Positions 29,093 through 38,688 are shown, counted from the first letter of the stretch. The stretch is 64,000 nt of DNA from an uncultured Verrucomicrobiota bacterium (GCA_903825435.1 CAIKAP010000097.1:10547-74546), one strand, 5' to 3'. Translations and numbers: made by a program. The notes: generated by a model not told the origin, from the letters alone.

Positions 29093-31077
29093 GCCAGAGC
29101 TTGCTACCTCAGAATTTAGCTCGACGGGCCACCGTGCTTGCCATGGGACTGGCGGTGTTCGTTTGCTGCACGAGCCGTGCGGACGAAGCTCCTGCAGCGG
29201 ACCACCGGCTTGCGGCTGCCTATCGGAGTTGCCATTTCAGTCAGCAGTATCCGCCCGAAGCTGTCAAGGAGATTCAGGACAAACTCCAGAATGTACCCCG
29301 TGCCGTGGATGTGCTGGCACAACTGGCAAAAGACTCCCGACATGAGATTCGTTTGTTGACGATCTTGTTGCTGGCTGAGTTGGGTGATCCGTACGGCGCC
29401 AAGCTCTTGTGGCTCCTGTTGCAGGACGATGTCGATTCGGTGCGAATGGCAGCTTCCGGTGGGCTTGTTCAACTGCGAAAGCGCATTGTCGTGCCGGGGG
29501 ATTTGACGGCAATTAAAGACCATCGCCCAGAAGTTCGACGTCTGACTGTTGCAACACTCGGGAAGTTCGGCGACAAGAACCAAGAATCAACTTTGATTGC
29601 CTGTCTGGAAGATGAAAACGAGATGGTTCGGGCAGAGGCAGTCAGGGTACTCGTAGACTTCAGCAGCAAAGCCGTCGAGCAAGCATTACTTCGCAGGTTA
29701 CAGGATCAGAGTGCGGATGTGCGCTGGATTACCGCAAAGGCATTGGGTGGCTATGTGGGTACGGAATATAATCAACAGGCAATTAGTGGTTTGGAATCCG
29801 TTCTCAAGGATCCTGACTGGCATGTGCGCGCAGCGGCAATCTTATCGCTTGGAGGACACACCAGTCCGGTTGTTAATCAAGAGAAATTTGTTATTGCTAT
29901 CATTACTGTATTGGAATCTGAAGATTTTGCTTTAGTACGCGACCGTGCTGCCGATGCGCTCGCATTCACCAAGGCTAGTCAGATGACGGATGCCTTGGTT
30001 CGGGCACTTGTTTCGGACGACCATAGCGTCCGTTTTCATGCGGCTAGGGCCATGATCACAGGCCACTGCGTGGCAGTTCTGCCGCAGTTGATGAAATACA
30101 GCACAAACTCCAATGCCGAAGTCCGCGAACGGATCATGGGAGTCTTTGGTGCCATAGGCGGCTCCGACCAACTACCGTTGGTCGGAGAAGCCACCAATGA
30201 TGAGAACTCTCTCGTGCGTCTGGCTGCCGTGGACGCCTTACAGAAGATTGGCGCGCGCACCGGTGGGGCAACCTTGTTGCAGAAACTCAGTGACACCGAC
30301 CCACATGTTCGCGCTGCTGTGGCACGCGCTCTCGGTCACTCTGGCGACAAGACTGTCGTGCCTAAGTTGCTTCCCTTGCTGCATGATTCTAAGGGCTACG
30401 TCCGCAGCGCTGCAGCGGAAGCCCTCGGCAAACTGGGTGACCGCTCCGCCGTGCCCGCCCTGATCGCGCTGTTGGCGGGTATCGAAACTGCCCCTGGAGA
30501 TGATTCTGGCCTCGTCGTGAAAACTCAAAACGACCTCCTCGCCGACAAACTCAAATTTACCGAGGTCGAACAGAAAACTGCTGTCGCCATTGCTTTGGGT
30601 GAACTGCGCGCCAACGATGGCGTGGATTCGCTGATCAAGCACGGCTTGAAATCCGACGACCTCAGCCTCCAGGCTGCAGCCGCCTACTCCCTTGGCCATA
30701 TCGGCGACCGCCGCGCTGTCAATCCCTTGCAGGACACTGTGCGGACCTACTACGACGTGCTTGCCCGAATGGACCCATCCGGTTTTGTCATCGACGATGG
30801 CAAAACTCGCGCCACCGATACCAAACGGCGCGACCGCGAGAAAGAGGCTCGCGTCCGCGCTGCCGTCGTTTGGGCGTTGGGGCAGATCGGCGATCCCGCT
30901 GCCCAGCAGATGCTTAAACGGGCCCGAGATGACGACAACAGCCTCGTGCGCGACAACGCCGAGGAAGCCATCTCCAAGTGCCAAGAACGACAAGAACGCG
31001 AACAACAGCAGGTTAATGAGGTGAGCGTGCCGTCCCAGGACAAATCCCGTTCGGCGACTGCCGCACAAACTCCATAA
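29089..31077 (+). CDS. Secreted HEAT-repeat (PBS-lyase-like) protein, last gene of the cluster
   Basis: Signal peptide. At least 12 HEAT-like units (xxVRxxAxxALGxIGD...), e.g. PHVRAAVARALGHSGDKTVVP and GYVRSAAAEALGKLGDRSAVP. Confidence 0.7.
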   Translation: MSQSLLPQNLARRATVLAMGLAVFVCCTSRADEAPAADHRLAAAYRSCHFSQQYPPEAVKEIQDKLQNVPRAVDVLAQLAKDSRHEIRLLTILLLAELGDPYGAKLLWLLLQDDVDSVRMAASGGLVQLRKRIVVPGDLTAIKDHRPEVRRLTVATLGKFGDKNQESTLIACLEDENEMVRAEAVRVLVDFSSKAVEQALLRRLQDQSADVRWITAKALGGYVGTEYNQQAISGLESVLKDPDWHVRAAAILSLGGHTSPVVNQEKFVIAIITVLESEDFALVRDRAADALAFTKASQMTDALVRALVSDDHSVRFHAARAMITGHCVAVLPQLMKYSTNSNAEVRERIMGVFGAIGGSDQLPLVGEATNDENSLVRLAAVDALQKIGARTGGATLLQKLSDTDPHVRAAVARALGHSGDKTVVPKLLPLLHDSKGYVRSAAAEALGKLGDRSAVPALIALLAGIETAPGDDSGLVVKTQNDLLADKLKFTEVEQKTAVAIALGELRANDGVDSLIKHGLKSDDLSLQAAAAYSLGHIGDRRAVNPLQDTVRTYYDVLARMDPSGFVIDDGKTRATDTKRRDREKEARVRAAVVWALGQIGDPAAQQMLKRARDDDNSLVRDNAEEAISKCQERQEREQQQVNEVSVPSQDKSRSATAAQTP

Positions 31078-31807
31078 ACTCCTTCGCTTCGGATGTCGTG
31101 AACGTCCCCTCCCGCGATGCCTCCGTCAGTGCCTGTGTCCCATTCATCCCTGAGTGGTAAAACAGGCGGAATAGTTTCTTGAGTTCCGCAATAGCCGACG
31201 GTCCGATGCCAGCGCGTTTCAAGCCGACCACATTCAGTGCGTGTATCTCATTGCGTTCCGCCGCTAGCGTGAACGGTGGCACGTCCATCGAGACCCTCGC
31301 ACCGCCGGAAAACATCGCCAGTCGGCCGATGTGCGTGAACTGGTGAAGTAGCACGCAGCCCGATAGAAACGCACGGTCACCTACGTGGACGTAGCCCGCG
31401 ACTAGGGCCCCGTTGCAGATGATGACTTGGTTGCCGATGACGCTGTTGTGTCCGACATGCGCTGACGCCATCAGGAAACAATCATTCCCGATGATCGTTG
31501 CGCTCTCGGGGTCCGTCGCACGGTGCACCGTGCAGTACTCGCGGAAAATGTTGCGGTCGCCGACACGCAGAAAACTGCGCGTGGCTGGATTGAACTTCAG
31601 GTCCTGCGGCTCGTGGCCCAGCACGGCGCCCACGTGGATCTGGTTGTTCCGCCCGATCTCCGTGTGGCCGGTGATGAATGCGTGCGCCATCACGCGAGTA
31701 CCAGCGCCGATGCGCACGTTGTCCTCGATGACCGCGTACGGTCCCACCTCCACGGTCGGATCAAGGTCCGCTTGCGGACTCACAATCGCTGTCGGATGAA
31801 TAGCCAT
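31013..31807 (-). CDS. lpxA: Acyl-ACP--UDP-N-acetylglucosamine O-acyltransferase
   Basis: MIHPTAIVSP...left-handed beta-helix hexapeptide repeats; LpxA-like throughout. Confidence 0.85.
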   Translation of the reverse strand: MAIHPTAIVSPQADLDPTVEVGPYAVIEDNVRIGAGTRVMAHAFITGHTEIGRNNQIHVGAVLGHEPQDLKFNPATRSFLRVGDRNIFREYCTVHRATDPESATIIGNDCFLMASAHVGHNSVIGNQVIICNGALVAGYVHVGDRAFLSGCVLLHQFTHIGRLAMFSGGARVSMDVPPFTLAAERNEIHALNVVGLKRAGIGPSAIAELKKLFRLFYHSGMNGTQALTEASREGTFTTSEAKEFMEFVRQSPNGICPGTARSPH

Positions 31808-31846
31808 ATCCTATTTATACCCGGCCCATTGCCGGTTTGCACGTCT

Positions 31847-32968
31847 TCAATGGCCGAACCGTTTCTCCCACGCATCCATGCCGCCGGCAAGGTTCTTCAG
31901 GCGTGTGTAGCCCTGTTCGCGCAGAAACTTTAACGCCCGCGCGCTACGCCCGCCGGCTTTGCAGTGCAGCACCACCAGCTTGTCCTTCGGTAACTCTCCG
32001 AACCGCTGAGGCAGCTCCGTCAGCGGCAACTTCACGCTGCCGGTAATCTCGTTGATGGCAAACTCGTCGGGATCGCGCACATCCACGAGGACGAAGTCCT
32101 CCTTTCGCTCGCGCATTGTCTTTAATTGTTCAACGCTGATATCGTCGGGGGAACAACTCATAATGATCTCCTTCAGTTCTGTAATCGTCGGGTTTCGTCC
32201 GCACAGCGGGCAGTTCGGGTCGTGCGGAATACGGTGTTCGCGGAAGCTCATCGCCAGCGCGTTGAACCGCAACAGCCGATCCAATAGCGGTTTACCTTGG
32301 CCGAGGATGAGTTTGATCGCCTCCGTCGCCTGGATGCTACCGATGACCCCGCAAAGCACTCCGAGCACCCCCGCCTCCGCGCAACCCGGCACCGCCCCCG
32401 GTGGCGGCGGCTCCGGATACCAACAGCGGTAACACGGTCCGCCAAGATGCGGCGCGAACACGCTCGCCATCCCCTCAAACCGGTAAATCGAGCCGTACAC
32501 ATTCGGCCTCCGCAACAGCGCACAGGCGTCGTTTACCAGGTAACGCGTTGGAAAATTGTCCGTCCCGTCCACCACCACGTCGTAACCGCCGAGAATCTCC
32601 AGCGCATTCGACGCGCCTAGGCGGACAGGGTGGGGGACGAAACGCACGCCCGGATTGATTGCCGCCAGTTTCTCTCCGGCGCTCTGGAGTTTCGGCTTGC
32701 CGACATCGGACGTGAAATGCAGAAGCTGCCGCTGGAGATTGCTGAAATCCACCACATCGAAATCCACCATCCCGATTGTCCCCACACCGGCAGCTGTCAG
32801 GTACAACGCCACCGGCGACCCCAACCCGCCCGCGCCGACCAGCAACACCTTCGCCGCCTTCAACCGCTCCTGGCCTTCCCGTCCGACCTCCGACAACAAT
32901 AGATGCCGGGCGTACCGGCGAAGTTCCTCGTCAGTCAATGGCAGACGGTTGGGCACAACAGGTTGCAT
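31847..32968 (-). CDS. moeZ: Molybdopterin-synthase adenylyltransferase/sulfurtransferase (MoeB/MoeZ with C-terminal rhodanese)
   Basis: ThiF/MoeB fold (VLLVGAGGLGSPVALYLTAAGVGTIGMVDFDVVDFSNLQRQ) plus a CxxC pair. C-terminal rhodanese (LVLHCKAGGRSARA). The start is set at MQPVVPN because the longer ORF would overlap the tRNA. Confidence 0.85.
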   Translation of the reverse strand: MQPVVPNRLPLTDEELRRYARHLLLSEVGREGQERLKAAKVLLVGAGGLGSPVALYLTAAGVGTIGMVDFDVVDFSNLQRQLLHFTSDVGKPKLQSAGEKLAAINPGVRFVPHPVRLGASNALEILGGYDVVVDGTDNFPTRYLVNDACALLRRPNVYGSIYRFEGMASVFAPHLGGPCYRCWYPEPPPPGAVPGCAEAGVLGVLCGVIGSIQATEAIKLILGQGKPLLDRLLRFNALAMSFREHRIPHDPNCPLCGRNPTITELKEIIMSCSPDDISVEQLKTMRERKEDFVLVDVRDPDEFAINEITGSVKLPLTELPQRFGELPKDKLVVLHCKAGGRSARALKFLREQGYTRLKNLAGGMDAWEKRFGH

Positions 32969-32979
32969 GGCATTTGGGC

Positions 32980-33055
32980 TGGTGGAGGTGAGGGGACTCG
33001 AACCCCTTACCTCCTCGTTGCGAACGAGGCGCTCTACCAAATGAGCTACACCCCC
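32980..33055 (-). tRNA. tRNA-Ala (anticodon CGC), CCA encoded
   Basis: Cloverleaf read directly: GGGGGUGUAGCUCAUUUGGUAGAGCGCCUCGUUCGCAACGAGGAGGUAAGGGGUUCGAGUCCCCUCACCUCCACCA. G3:U70 Ala identity pair. Anticodon loop UUCGCAA. T-loop GGTTCGAGTCC. Confidence 0.85.
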
Positions 33056-33127
33056 AGCAAAACAACGCATTTTACTGTCTTGACCTTTTCCCGTCAACGC
33101 TTCACTTTGTCAGCCGTTTCAACTGCC

Positions 33128-34606
33128 ATGACTACCCCGACACCCGACAACCAATCTTTGCCACTGGACGAACTCAACATCGTACCGGAGTGGCTCAAGT
33201 CCCTACCGAAATCCTACGAGCACCACGCCGGCGAGGCACCTGACCGCCGCGATCGAGGCGACCGCGACCGCCGTCCGCCGCGACCGCAAGGTGATCGTCC
33301 CCCACGTCGTGAAGGTGGCGGCCTGCCGCGCCGCGAAGGGCCTCGCCCAATGGAACGCCGAGCGGCTCCGCCCATCGAGCGCCGTCCGCCTCCGCCAGCG
33401 CCCATCGAGATCAGTTTCCTGCCCGAAGAAAAGGGCCTCGCCGCGATGATCGAGACGATGAAACATTCGCCCCGCGCCTACGCGCTCTTCGACGTCGCCA
33501 AGCTCATCCTTAACAAACCCGAACGCCACCTCGTCAAGCTCGCCCTCAAGCCCGGCACCGACGGCACGCGTGCCCCGCTGTTCCTCGCCGTCGCTGACGA
33601 GACAGTCTTCCAGAGCCAGAACGAAGCATTGCGCCACGTTTTCCGCCAGCACGCCGACAAGCTTTGCCGGCAGGAAAAGAAGCCGTGCGACCCGCCAAAA
33701 GGCAACTTCACTTGCGTCAATCGCTGCGGCATCACCGGCGAAATCTTCGGTCCACCAAACTACCACGAGTACCAGACCACCATTGTCCGTTTCCACCAGC
33801 GTCGGCTCCGCCACATGCAGTTCGACGAGTTCAAGTCCCGCATCCAGACCAGCCAGAACCCCGACGCCGTCAAACAGTGGCTCGAGTCTAGAAGCAGCGT
33901 CACCGAGTTCACCTGCCTCCAGTGCACCGAGCCGAAACCGCTCGCTACGCGCGAGGAACTCGAAAAACATATTACCGAGACGCACCTTGCCCAGCTTGTC
34001 ACCAGCGCGCCCGAACTTCAGATCCACGGCGTTGCCAGCCGCCAACAACCGTGGGCCGGGCTGAGCGAAGCGGTGCGCATCGCCTGGGTCAGTGAGTGGC
34101 GGTTCCCGTTGCGCACCGCGCAAACACTCAGCGACCGGCTCCGCCCCGAAGGCTTCCACTTCTTCAAGCACCGCAAAGGCGCTACCTACGTCAGCCACAT
34201 CCGGCCCAAACGCGTTGAGAGCCTCGACGGCCTCAGCGACCAGATCCAGAAAATCATCACCTTCCTCCGCTCGCATCCCGACAGCGTCCGCAAACAACTC
34301 GCCGAGAACCTACAGATTACCGATCCCGACCGGCTACTCGCCGACCTCCACTGGCTCATCACCGAAGGCAGCGTTGTCGAATTCTCCGATGGCCGACTCT
34401 GGGCGCTGGAGAACAAACCGCCCGTCGAAGCCAAACCAGAACCCGCGCCCAAGCGATCGAAGTCAACCCAAGCGACGCCCGCCGAAACCGAGCCAGCGCC
34501 GTGTTCCGTAAATGTTCCGGAGACGCCAACGGACGTACCGGCTGCGCCTGTCGAGCCGACGCCACCGGAAGCCGTTGTTCCTCCGCCCAATGAACCCGGC
34601 GTTTGA
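33128..34606 (+). CDS. Hypothetical protein with an N-terminal Arg/Pro/Asp-rich low-complexity segment
   Basis: Start at MTTPTPDNQ. The RDRGDRDRRPPRPQGDRPPRREGGG... segment is followed by a conserved-looking globular region containing several CxxC pairs (FTCVNRCG, FTCLQCTE). No family recognised. Confidence 0.45.
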   Translation: MTTPTPDNQSLPLDELNIVPEWLKSLPKSYEHHAGEAPDRRDRGDRDRRPPRPQGDRPPRREGGGLPRREGPRPMERRAAPPIERRPPPPAPIEISFLPEEKGLAAMIETMKHSPRAYALFDVAKLILNKPERHLVKLALKPGTDGTRAPLFLAVADETVFQSQNEALRHVFRQHADKLCRQEKKPCDPPKGNFTCVNRCGITGEIFGPPNYHEYQTTIVRFHQRRLRHMQFDEFKSRIQTSQNPDAVKQWLESRSSVTEFTCLQCTEPKPLATREELEKHITETHLAQLVTSAPELQIHGVASRQQPWAGLSEAVRIAWVSEWRFPLRTAQTLSDRLRPEGFHFFKHRKGATYVSHIRPKRVESLDGLSDQIQKIITFLRSHPDSVRKQLAENLQITDPDRLLADLHWLITEGSVVEFSDGRLWALENKPPVEAKPEPAPKRSKSTQATPAETEPAPCSVNVPETPTDVPAAPVEPTPPEAVVPPPNEPGV

Positions 34607-35294
34607 GATTCTGTTCGAGGATGCCGACCTGCTCGCCGTGGACAAACCGGCAGGCTTGTTGTCCGTATCGGACCGCTGGGACAAGGAGAAGGAGAATCTT
34701 GTCGCGATGTTACAGGCGGAGCGGCCCGGCCAGTATCTCACCAACGTTCACCGGCTCGACCGCAACACGACGGGAGTTTTCCTACTGGCGAAGAACGAGG
34801 AGGCGTTTCGTCGCGTGACGCTCCAGTTTCGTGAGCTCTACCTCGCGCTCGTTCTCGGCGATGTTACGGAACAGGAGCGCGTGATTGATCTGCCGATTGG
34901 GCCGCATCCGAGGCTGCGCGGTTTCTCGCGCATCGACGAGAAGAACGGTAAACCCGCGCGCAGCATCGTGCGCGTGAAGGAACGGTTTCGCGGCTATGCA
35001 CTCGTCGAGGTTGAGATCGAGAGCGGACGACAACACCAAGTCCGTGTGCATTGCCAGCACATCGGTCATCCGCTCGTCGGCGACGCCGATTACGGCGGCA
35101 GGCCGCTGTTGTTGTCGCAGATCAAGCGCAAGTACCGGTTGAAGGAAGGCCGTGAGGAACGCCCGTTGATGGGGCGACCCGCGCTTCACGCCGCGAGCCT
35201 CACGCTGCCGACGCCGCCCGTGACAATCACGTCGCCGTTGCCGAAAGATTTTACCGTCTCGCTAAAATACCTGCGGATGTTCGCGGGGATGTGA
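34590..35294 (+). CDS. RluA-family pseudouridine synthase
   Basis: Catalytic HRLDRNTTGVFLLAK motif, and RluA fold. Confidence 0.85.
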   Translation: MNPAFEILFEDADLLAVDKPAGLLSVSDRWDKEKENLVAMLQAERPGQYLTNVHRLDRNTTGVFLLAKNEEAFRRVTLQFRELYLALVLGDVTEQERVIDLPIGPHPRLRGFSRIDEKNGKPARSIVRVKERFRGYALVEVEIESGRQHQVRVHCQHIGHPLVGDADYGGRPLLLSQIKRKYRLKEGREERPLMGRPALHAASLTLPTPPVTITSPLPKDFTVSLKYLRMFAGM

Positions 35295-35296
35295 CA

Positions 35297-36721
35297 TCAC
35301 GGTTCGAGTCGTTTCAGGCGGACTGCAATGGAATCTTGAAATTCGGGCAGGACGATTTGGAGTTGTTGATCGCGGACGGTTAGTCGGTTCTTGCTGATGG
35401 TTTTGCCGGTGACTGGATTGATGAACTCGATTTGCCAGAAATCACCGGGAACATTTTTCATATTCACGATTTGTCCTGACACCGGTTTCACTGGCCAATC
35501 GGGCGGAACGCAGCGGACATCGCGAAACCATCCTACGCGGGTTTTGTCGTTGCCGAGCATGGCGCGTTTCAATCCGTCGGAGAGCACGCACGGAACCGGC
35601 TCGAAGCCGGTGTAATCAATCTCGCGCACGAACGCGGCGGCGGGAGTGGCGATCTCGTGGTAGTGACGACACAAGTCGGCTTTCTCGAATTGATCGTAGC
35701 CGTCCTGCCACCAGAGCGCGCGACCATTCATCGCGCCGCTTACCAACGCGGCCCAGATGGCGTGTCGGATGCCGACTTCGGCGCGCGGTGCGGCGTCGAG
35801 CGTGTCGTGCGGCGGCGCGGAACTCAGACCGCATTCGCCGATGAGGACCGGCTTGCGGTATTTCTTGAGTCGCTCGCGGATGGTTGAAATAATCAAGTCA
35901 TCGAGTCGGCCTGCGAAAGCTCCATCGGTGTAAGGATGAATCTCGATGAAATCAAGCGCGTCGCTTTTTGAGAGCTTCGGCCATTCGTTGATACCGGCTT
36001 GCGAAGCTGTGACCGGTCGTTTCAACGGGTCCGCTGCTCGTATCACGGCGGCGGCGCGTTCGGTAAACTCGACCGCGTGCTCTTCGGTCACGCCGGTGAC
36101 GAGGTCGAGTTCGGAGAAAATTTCCCAGCCAACAATGGCGCGACGGTGCGACCAGTGTTGGATGAATGTCTCGAGCCGTTTCAGCCAGAGCTTGCGGCAG
36201 GGAGTATCGTTGAAGAGTTCATCGGGACGTTTCGCCGGGCCGCCGCGCGCGGCGTTGAAAGGATTCTTATCCCAGCGATGCCATGTTTCCTTTTTACTGC
36301 CGTCGTTCCAGTTGGCCCAAACGCCGAGGACAGGCAACACAGCGAGTCCGTGTTTCTCAGCGGCATCCAAAACTTCATCCCACGACTTCAGCATCGCGGC
36401 ATCAATCTCACCGGCTTTCTCGGTTGCCGGGCTAAACGTGAAATGAATCCGCACAAATCGTTCGTCCGCCGCCGCGATGTGACGGAAATGTTCGTCGAAC
36501 GCTTTCGGATTCATCCCCACCGGATTACGACCGAGCACAAATGTCGGGCGACCATCCACGCGGAAATAATTCTCGCCGTGACGCAATTCAAACCGTGGTT
36601 CCTTGACGGATTGATTCGCGGACAACGTTGACGAGCTGGCGCAGACGAGCGCCAATCCCGTCAACACGGCAAACCAAGTCAGGCACGCTGCAAAGGGGCG
36701 TCTGCACAAGCTTTTTCGCAC
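35297..36721 (-). CDS. Secreted glycoside hydrolase, TIM-barrel GH5-like (cellulase/mannanase superfamily)
   Basis: Signal peptide. The GWEIFSE motif resembles the GH5 NEP acid/base region, and a later GECG region is nucleophile-like. Tentative family call. Confidence 0.45.
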   Translation of the reverse strand: MRKSLCRRPFAACLTWFAVLTGLALVCASSSTLSANQSVKEPRFELRHGENYFRVDGRPTFVLGRNPVGMNPKAFDEHFRHIAAADERFVRIHFTFSPATEKAGEIDAAMLKSWDEVLDAAEKHGLAVLPVLGVWANWNDGSKKETWHRWDKNPFNAARGGPAKRPDELFNDTPCRKLWLKRLETFIQHWSHRRAIVGWEIFSELDLVTGVTEEHAVEFTERAAAVIRAADPLKRPVTASQAGINEWPKLSKSDALDFIEIHPYTDGAFAGRLDDLIISTIRERLKKYRKPVLIGECGLSSAPPHDTLDAAPRAEVGIRHAIWAALVSGAMNGRALWWQDGYDQFEKADLCRHYHEIATPAAAFVREIDYTGFEPVPCVLSDGLKRAMLGNDKTRVGWFRDVRCVPPDWPVKPVSGQIVNMKNVPGDFWQIEFINPVTGKTISKNRLTVRDQQLQIVLPEFQDSIAVRLKRLEP

Positions 36722-36734
36722 TTCTCGTAGAGGT

Positions 36735-37064
36735 TCATCGCTTTTGCATCTTCTTGATCAGGGTATCATACTCAGCGTGAGAACCGATCCAGAACCATAT
36801 AGCATTATTGTTTTCAAGAACACATACCGCACGCCAGTGAATCCCAATCCTGACAGAATAGATTGGCTCATGGGAATGGATGCGCTTGAATTGAAGGGAA
36901 GGATGATGCGGATCGGATTGCCACCGGTAGTAAATCCGACGAGCCGACGTGCGCACCGTCTCAGGCAATGCGCGTAACCGCTTTCGGAATTCTTCCGTCG
37001 TCTCAGAAGTCACGGGAAAGATCCATCGCTCTTGTCTTGCCCTTGCGATGTTCGGCAAGCGCAT
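36735..37064 (-). CDS. RelE/ParE-family type II toxin
   Basis: The C-terminal YSVRIGIHWRAVCVLENNNAIWFWIGSHAEY matches the RelE/ParE core (YRIRVGDYRIIYxIDDxxxxIxILRIGHRKDVY). The start codon is uncertain (ATG at 37064 or TTG at 37058). It overlaps the antitoxin's 3' end. Confidence 0.55.
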   Translation of the reverse strand: MRLPNIARARQERWIFPVTSETTEEFRKRLRALPETVRTSARRIYYRWQSDPHHPSLQFKRIHSHEPIYSVRIGIHWRAVCVLENNNAIWFWIGSHAEYDTLIKKMQKR

Positions 37065-37224
37065 TCCCGGCCAACTCGGCCAGTTCATGTTGCGAGGACT
37101 TGAAGGATTTGTCCCACTGGGCGTCAGCGTCAATCTCGGCCAAGAGTAGGCGCGCGAGCACATTCTGTCTCTTGGCGGGTAACACAGAAACCCTGTTAAT
37201 CGCTTTCTCAAGTAGCGTTGTCAT
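37003..37224 (-). CDS. Putative cognate antitoxin (73 aa)
   Basis: Small acidic helical protein immediately upstream of the RelE-like toxin and overlapping it. No family assigned. Confidence 0.4.
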   Translation of the reverse strand: MTTLLEKAINRVSVLPAKRQNVLARLLLAEIDADAQWDKSFKSSQHELAELAGNALAEHRKGKTRAMDLSRDF

Positions 37225-37450
37225 GCGAGCATTTAACTCCTAAATATCTTGTTGTCCAATCGTTTTCTATTGGCTCTAAACAGGACATGATGGTCACACG
37301 ATTGTGCGAAGGCAATCCTGACCTCGCACGCCGCCTGACTGAAGGTCTTCCGTCAGTTACCGGATATGGAGACCTTGCGGTCAAATAACGCGGCGCGGTC
37401 GAGAGACCTGCATCGAACATCGGATTTTACCGTCGCGCTACAATGCCTGT

Positions 37451-37521
37451 GGGAGCGGCATTCTTGCCGCGACCGGTTGCTAATGAATGGCGGAATCGCG
37501 GCAGGAATGCCGCTCCCACAA
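37451..37521. repeat. Long near-perfect inverted repeat (24-bp arms, 23-nt loop): GTGGGAGCGGCATTCTTGCCGCGA...TCGCGGCAGGAATGCCGCTCCCAC
   Basis: Direct reading. One mismatch. Located just 3' of the 37545 gene. Confidence 0.55.
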
Positions 37522-37544
37522 TAGCAGTGCCGAAATGCGCCCGA

Positions 37545-38000
37545 TTACTTGCCGGGCTGGCTTGTCTTCTTGCTGGAACCGCGCGGGGCGCGAGAACTGG
37601 TGCGAGTGCCGCCAGCTTGCTCGTACTCGGCGGAATCGGCTCCGAAGACGCCTTTGGCCACGGCACGGAACGCGACGTTGATCCGGTTGGCGATCTTGGC
37701 GTCATCGTCGCGGTTGTCGCGCAGACCGGTCAACTCCTGCTCCTTCTCGGCGACGTCTTCGTTCGCGGCCTGCAAGTCCGCCAGCAATTGGGTGGCTTGG
37801 CGATACCGTGTCTTGTAGATTTTACGGATGTCTTCCTGCATCTGGGCGGAATCGTTGTGTCCTTGGTAGCCTGAAATACCGGGTTGCAACTTGAACCCCA
37901 TTCGTTTCGCAGCTTCGGCCAAAACATGATTGACAAGCTTGGATTTGGGTTGAACACGAGTGACAAGAAAATAGAAAAGCGGCTTAGAGTTGTGATACAT
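37545..38000 (-). CDS. Hypothetical protein within the defence island
   Basis: ORF with reasonable codon usage, starting at MYHNSKPLFYF. No family recognised. Confidence 0.3.
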   Translation of the reverse strand: MYHNSKPLFYFLVTRVQPKSKLVNHVLAEAAKRMGFKLQPGISGYQGHNDSAQMQEDIRKIYKTRYRQATQLLADLQAANEDVAEKEQELTGLRDNRDDDAKIANRINVAFRAVAKGVFGADSAEYEQAGGTRTSSRAPRGSSKKTSQPGK

Positions 38001-38155
38001 CGGCACATCATCCTTGCCGGCAAGAGTCACGTTGAGTACGTCGGAATTGGATGACTGCCCGGCAACAAATGAAGAGGGTCGCGTTTGTACGCGACCCTCC
38101 AATATTATTATCTTCTAATTTACAGCGTCGGTTTGTCGGCTTCGTTGCGTCGGCA

Positions 38156-38461
38156 TTATTCGGCGGATGGAACTCGATGTGACCAATAATGAGGATGGCG
38201 TTTACAGTGGGCAACGGCGATAACCCAGATGTGGTCGTTCACGAAGAGATAGACGACGATGTAGGGGAAATGCTGAACCAGATAGCGGCGAGTGGCGTCG
38301 CTTCGCAGAGGCCAGCGTTCGGGGAAGTGACGAATGGATTCGACTGAGGCTTCGACTTCGCTGGCAAAATCAAACCCGAGTCCGGGACGTTTGTCTTCGT
38401 AATACGCCACTGCCTCACGGAGTTCGGCTTCGGCCTCGCGAAGGATGGTAACGGAAGTCAT
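38156..38461 (-). CDS. ParE/RelE-family type II toxin
   Basis: EAEAELREAVAYYE...HFPYIVVYLFVNDHIWVIAVAHCKRHPHYW is the typical ParE/RelE plasmid-stabilisation toxin pattern. Confidence 0.7.
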   Translation of the reverse strand: MTSVTILREAEAELREAVAYYEDKRPGLGFDFASEVEASVESIRHFPERWPLRSDATRRYLVQHFPYIVVYLFVNDHIWVIAVAHCKRHPHYWSHRVPSAE

Positions 38462-38688
38462 CGCCGTTGGGATTTAATCTTAGCAAAGACTTCTTCGGCG
38501 GGACTGCCCGTGGCTTGTCCCTCGCGCACCATCTGGACTCGGCGTTGAATCTCCGTTTCTTGTTGCGGACTCAACGTGTAATTGGCTGGATTGTCCAAGC
38601 TGAGGATCAAGTCATGGGCCAGACTTGCCCGTTCGCTGGTGGATAAAGCCAAAGCCTCGTCACGGACTTTCTCCATGGTCGTACTCAT
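38458..38688 (-). CDS. Addiction-module antitoxin (TIGR02574-like component)
   Basis: 76 aa. ALALSTSERASLAHDLILSLD...EIQRRVQMVREG pattern. 4-bp overlap with the toxin start. Confidence 0.6.
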   Translation of the reverse strand: MSTTMEKVRDEALALSTSERASLAHDLILSLDNPANYTLSPQQETEIQRRVQMVREGQATGSPAEEVFAKIKSQRR

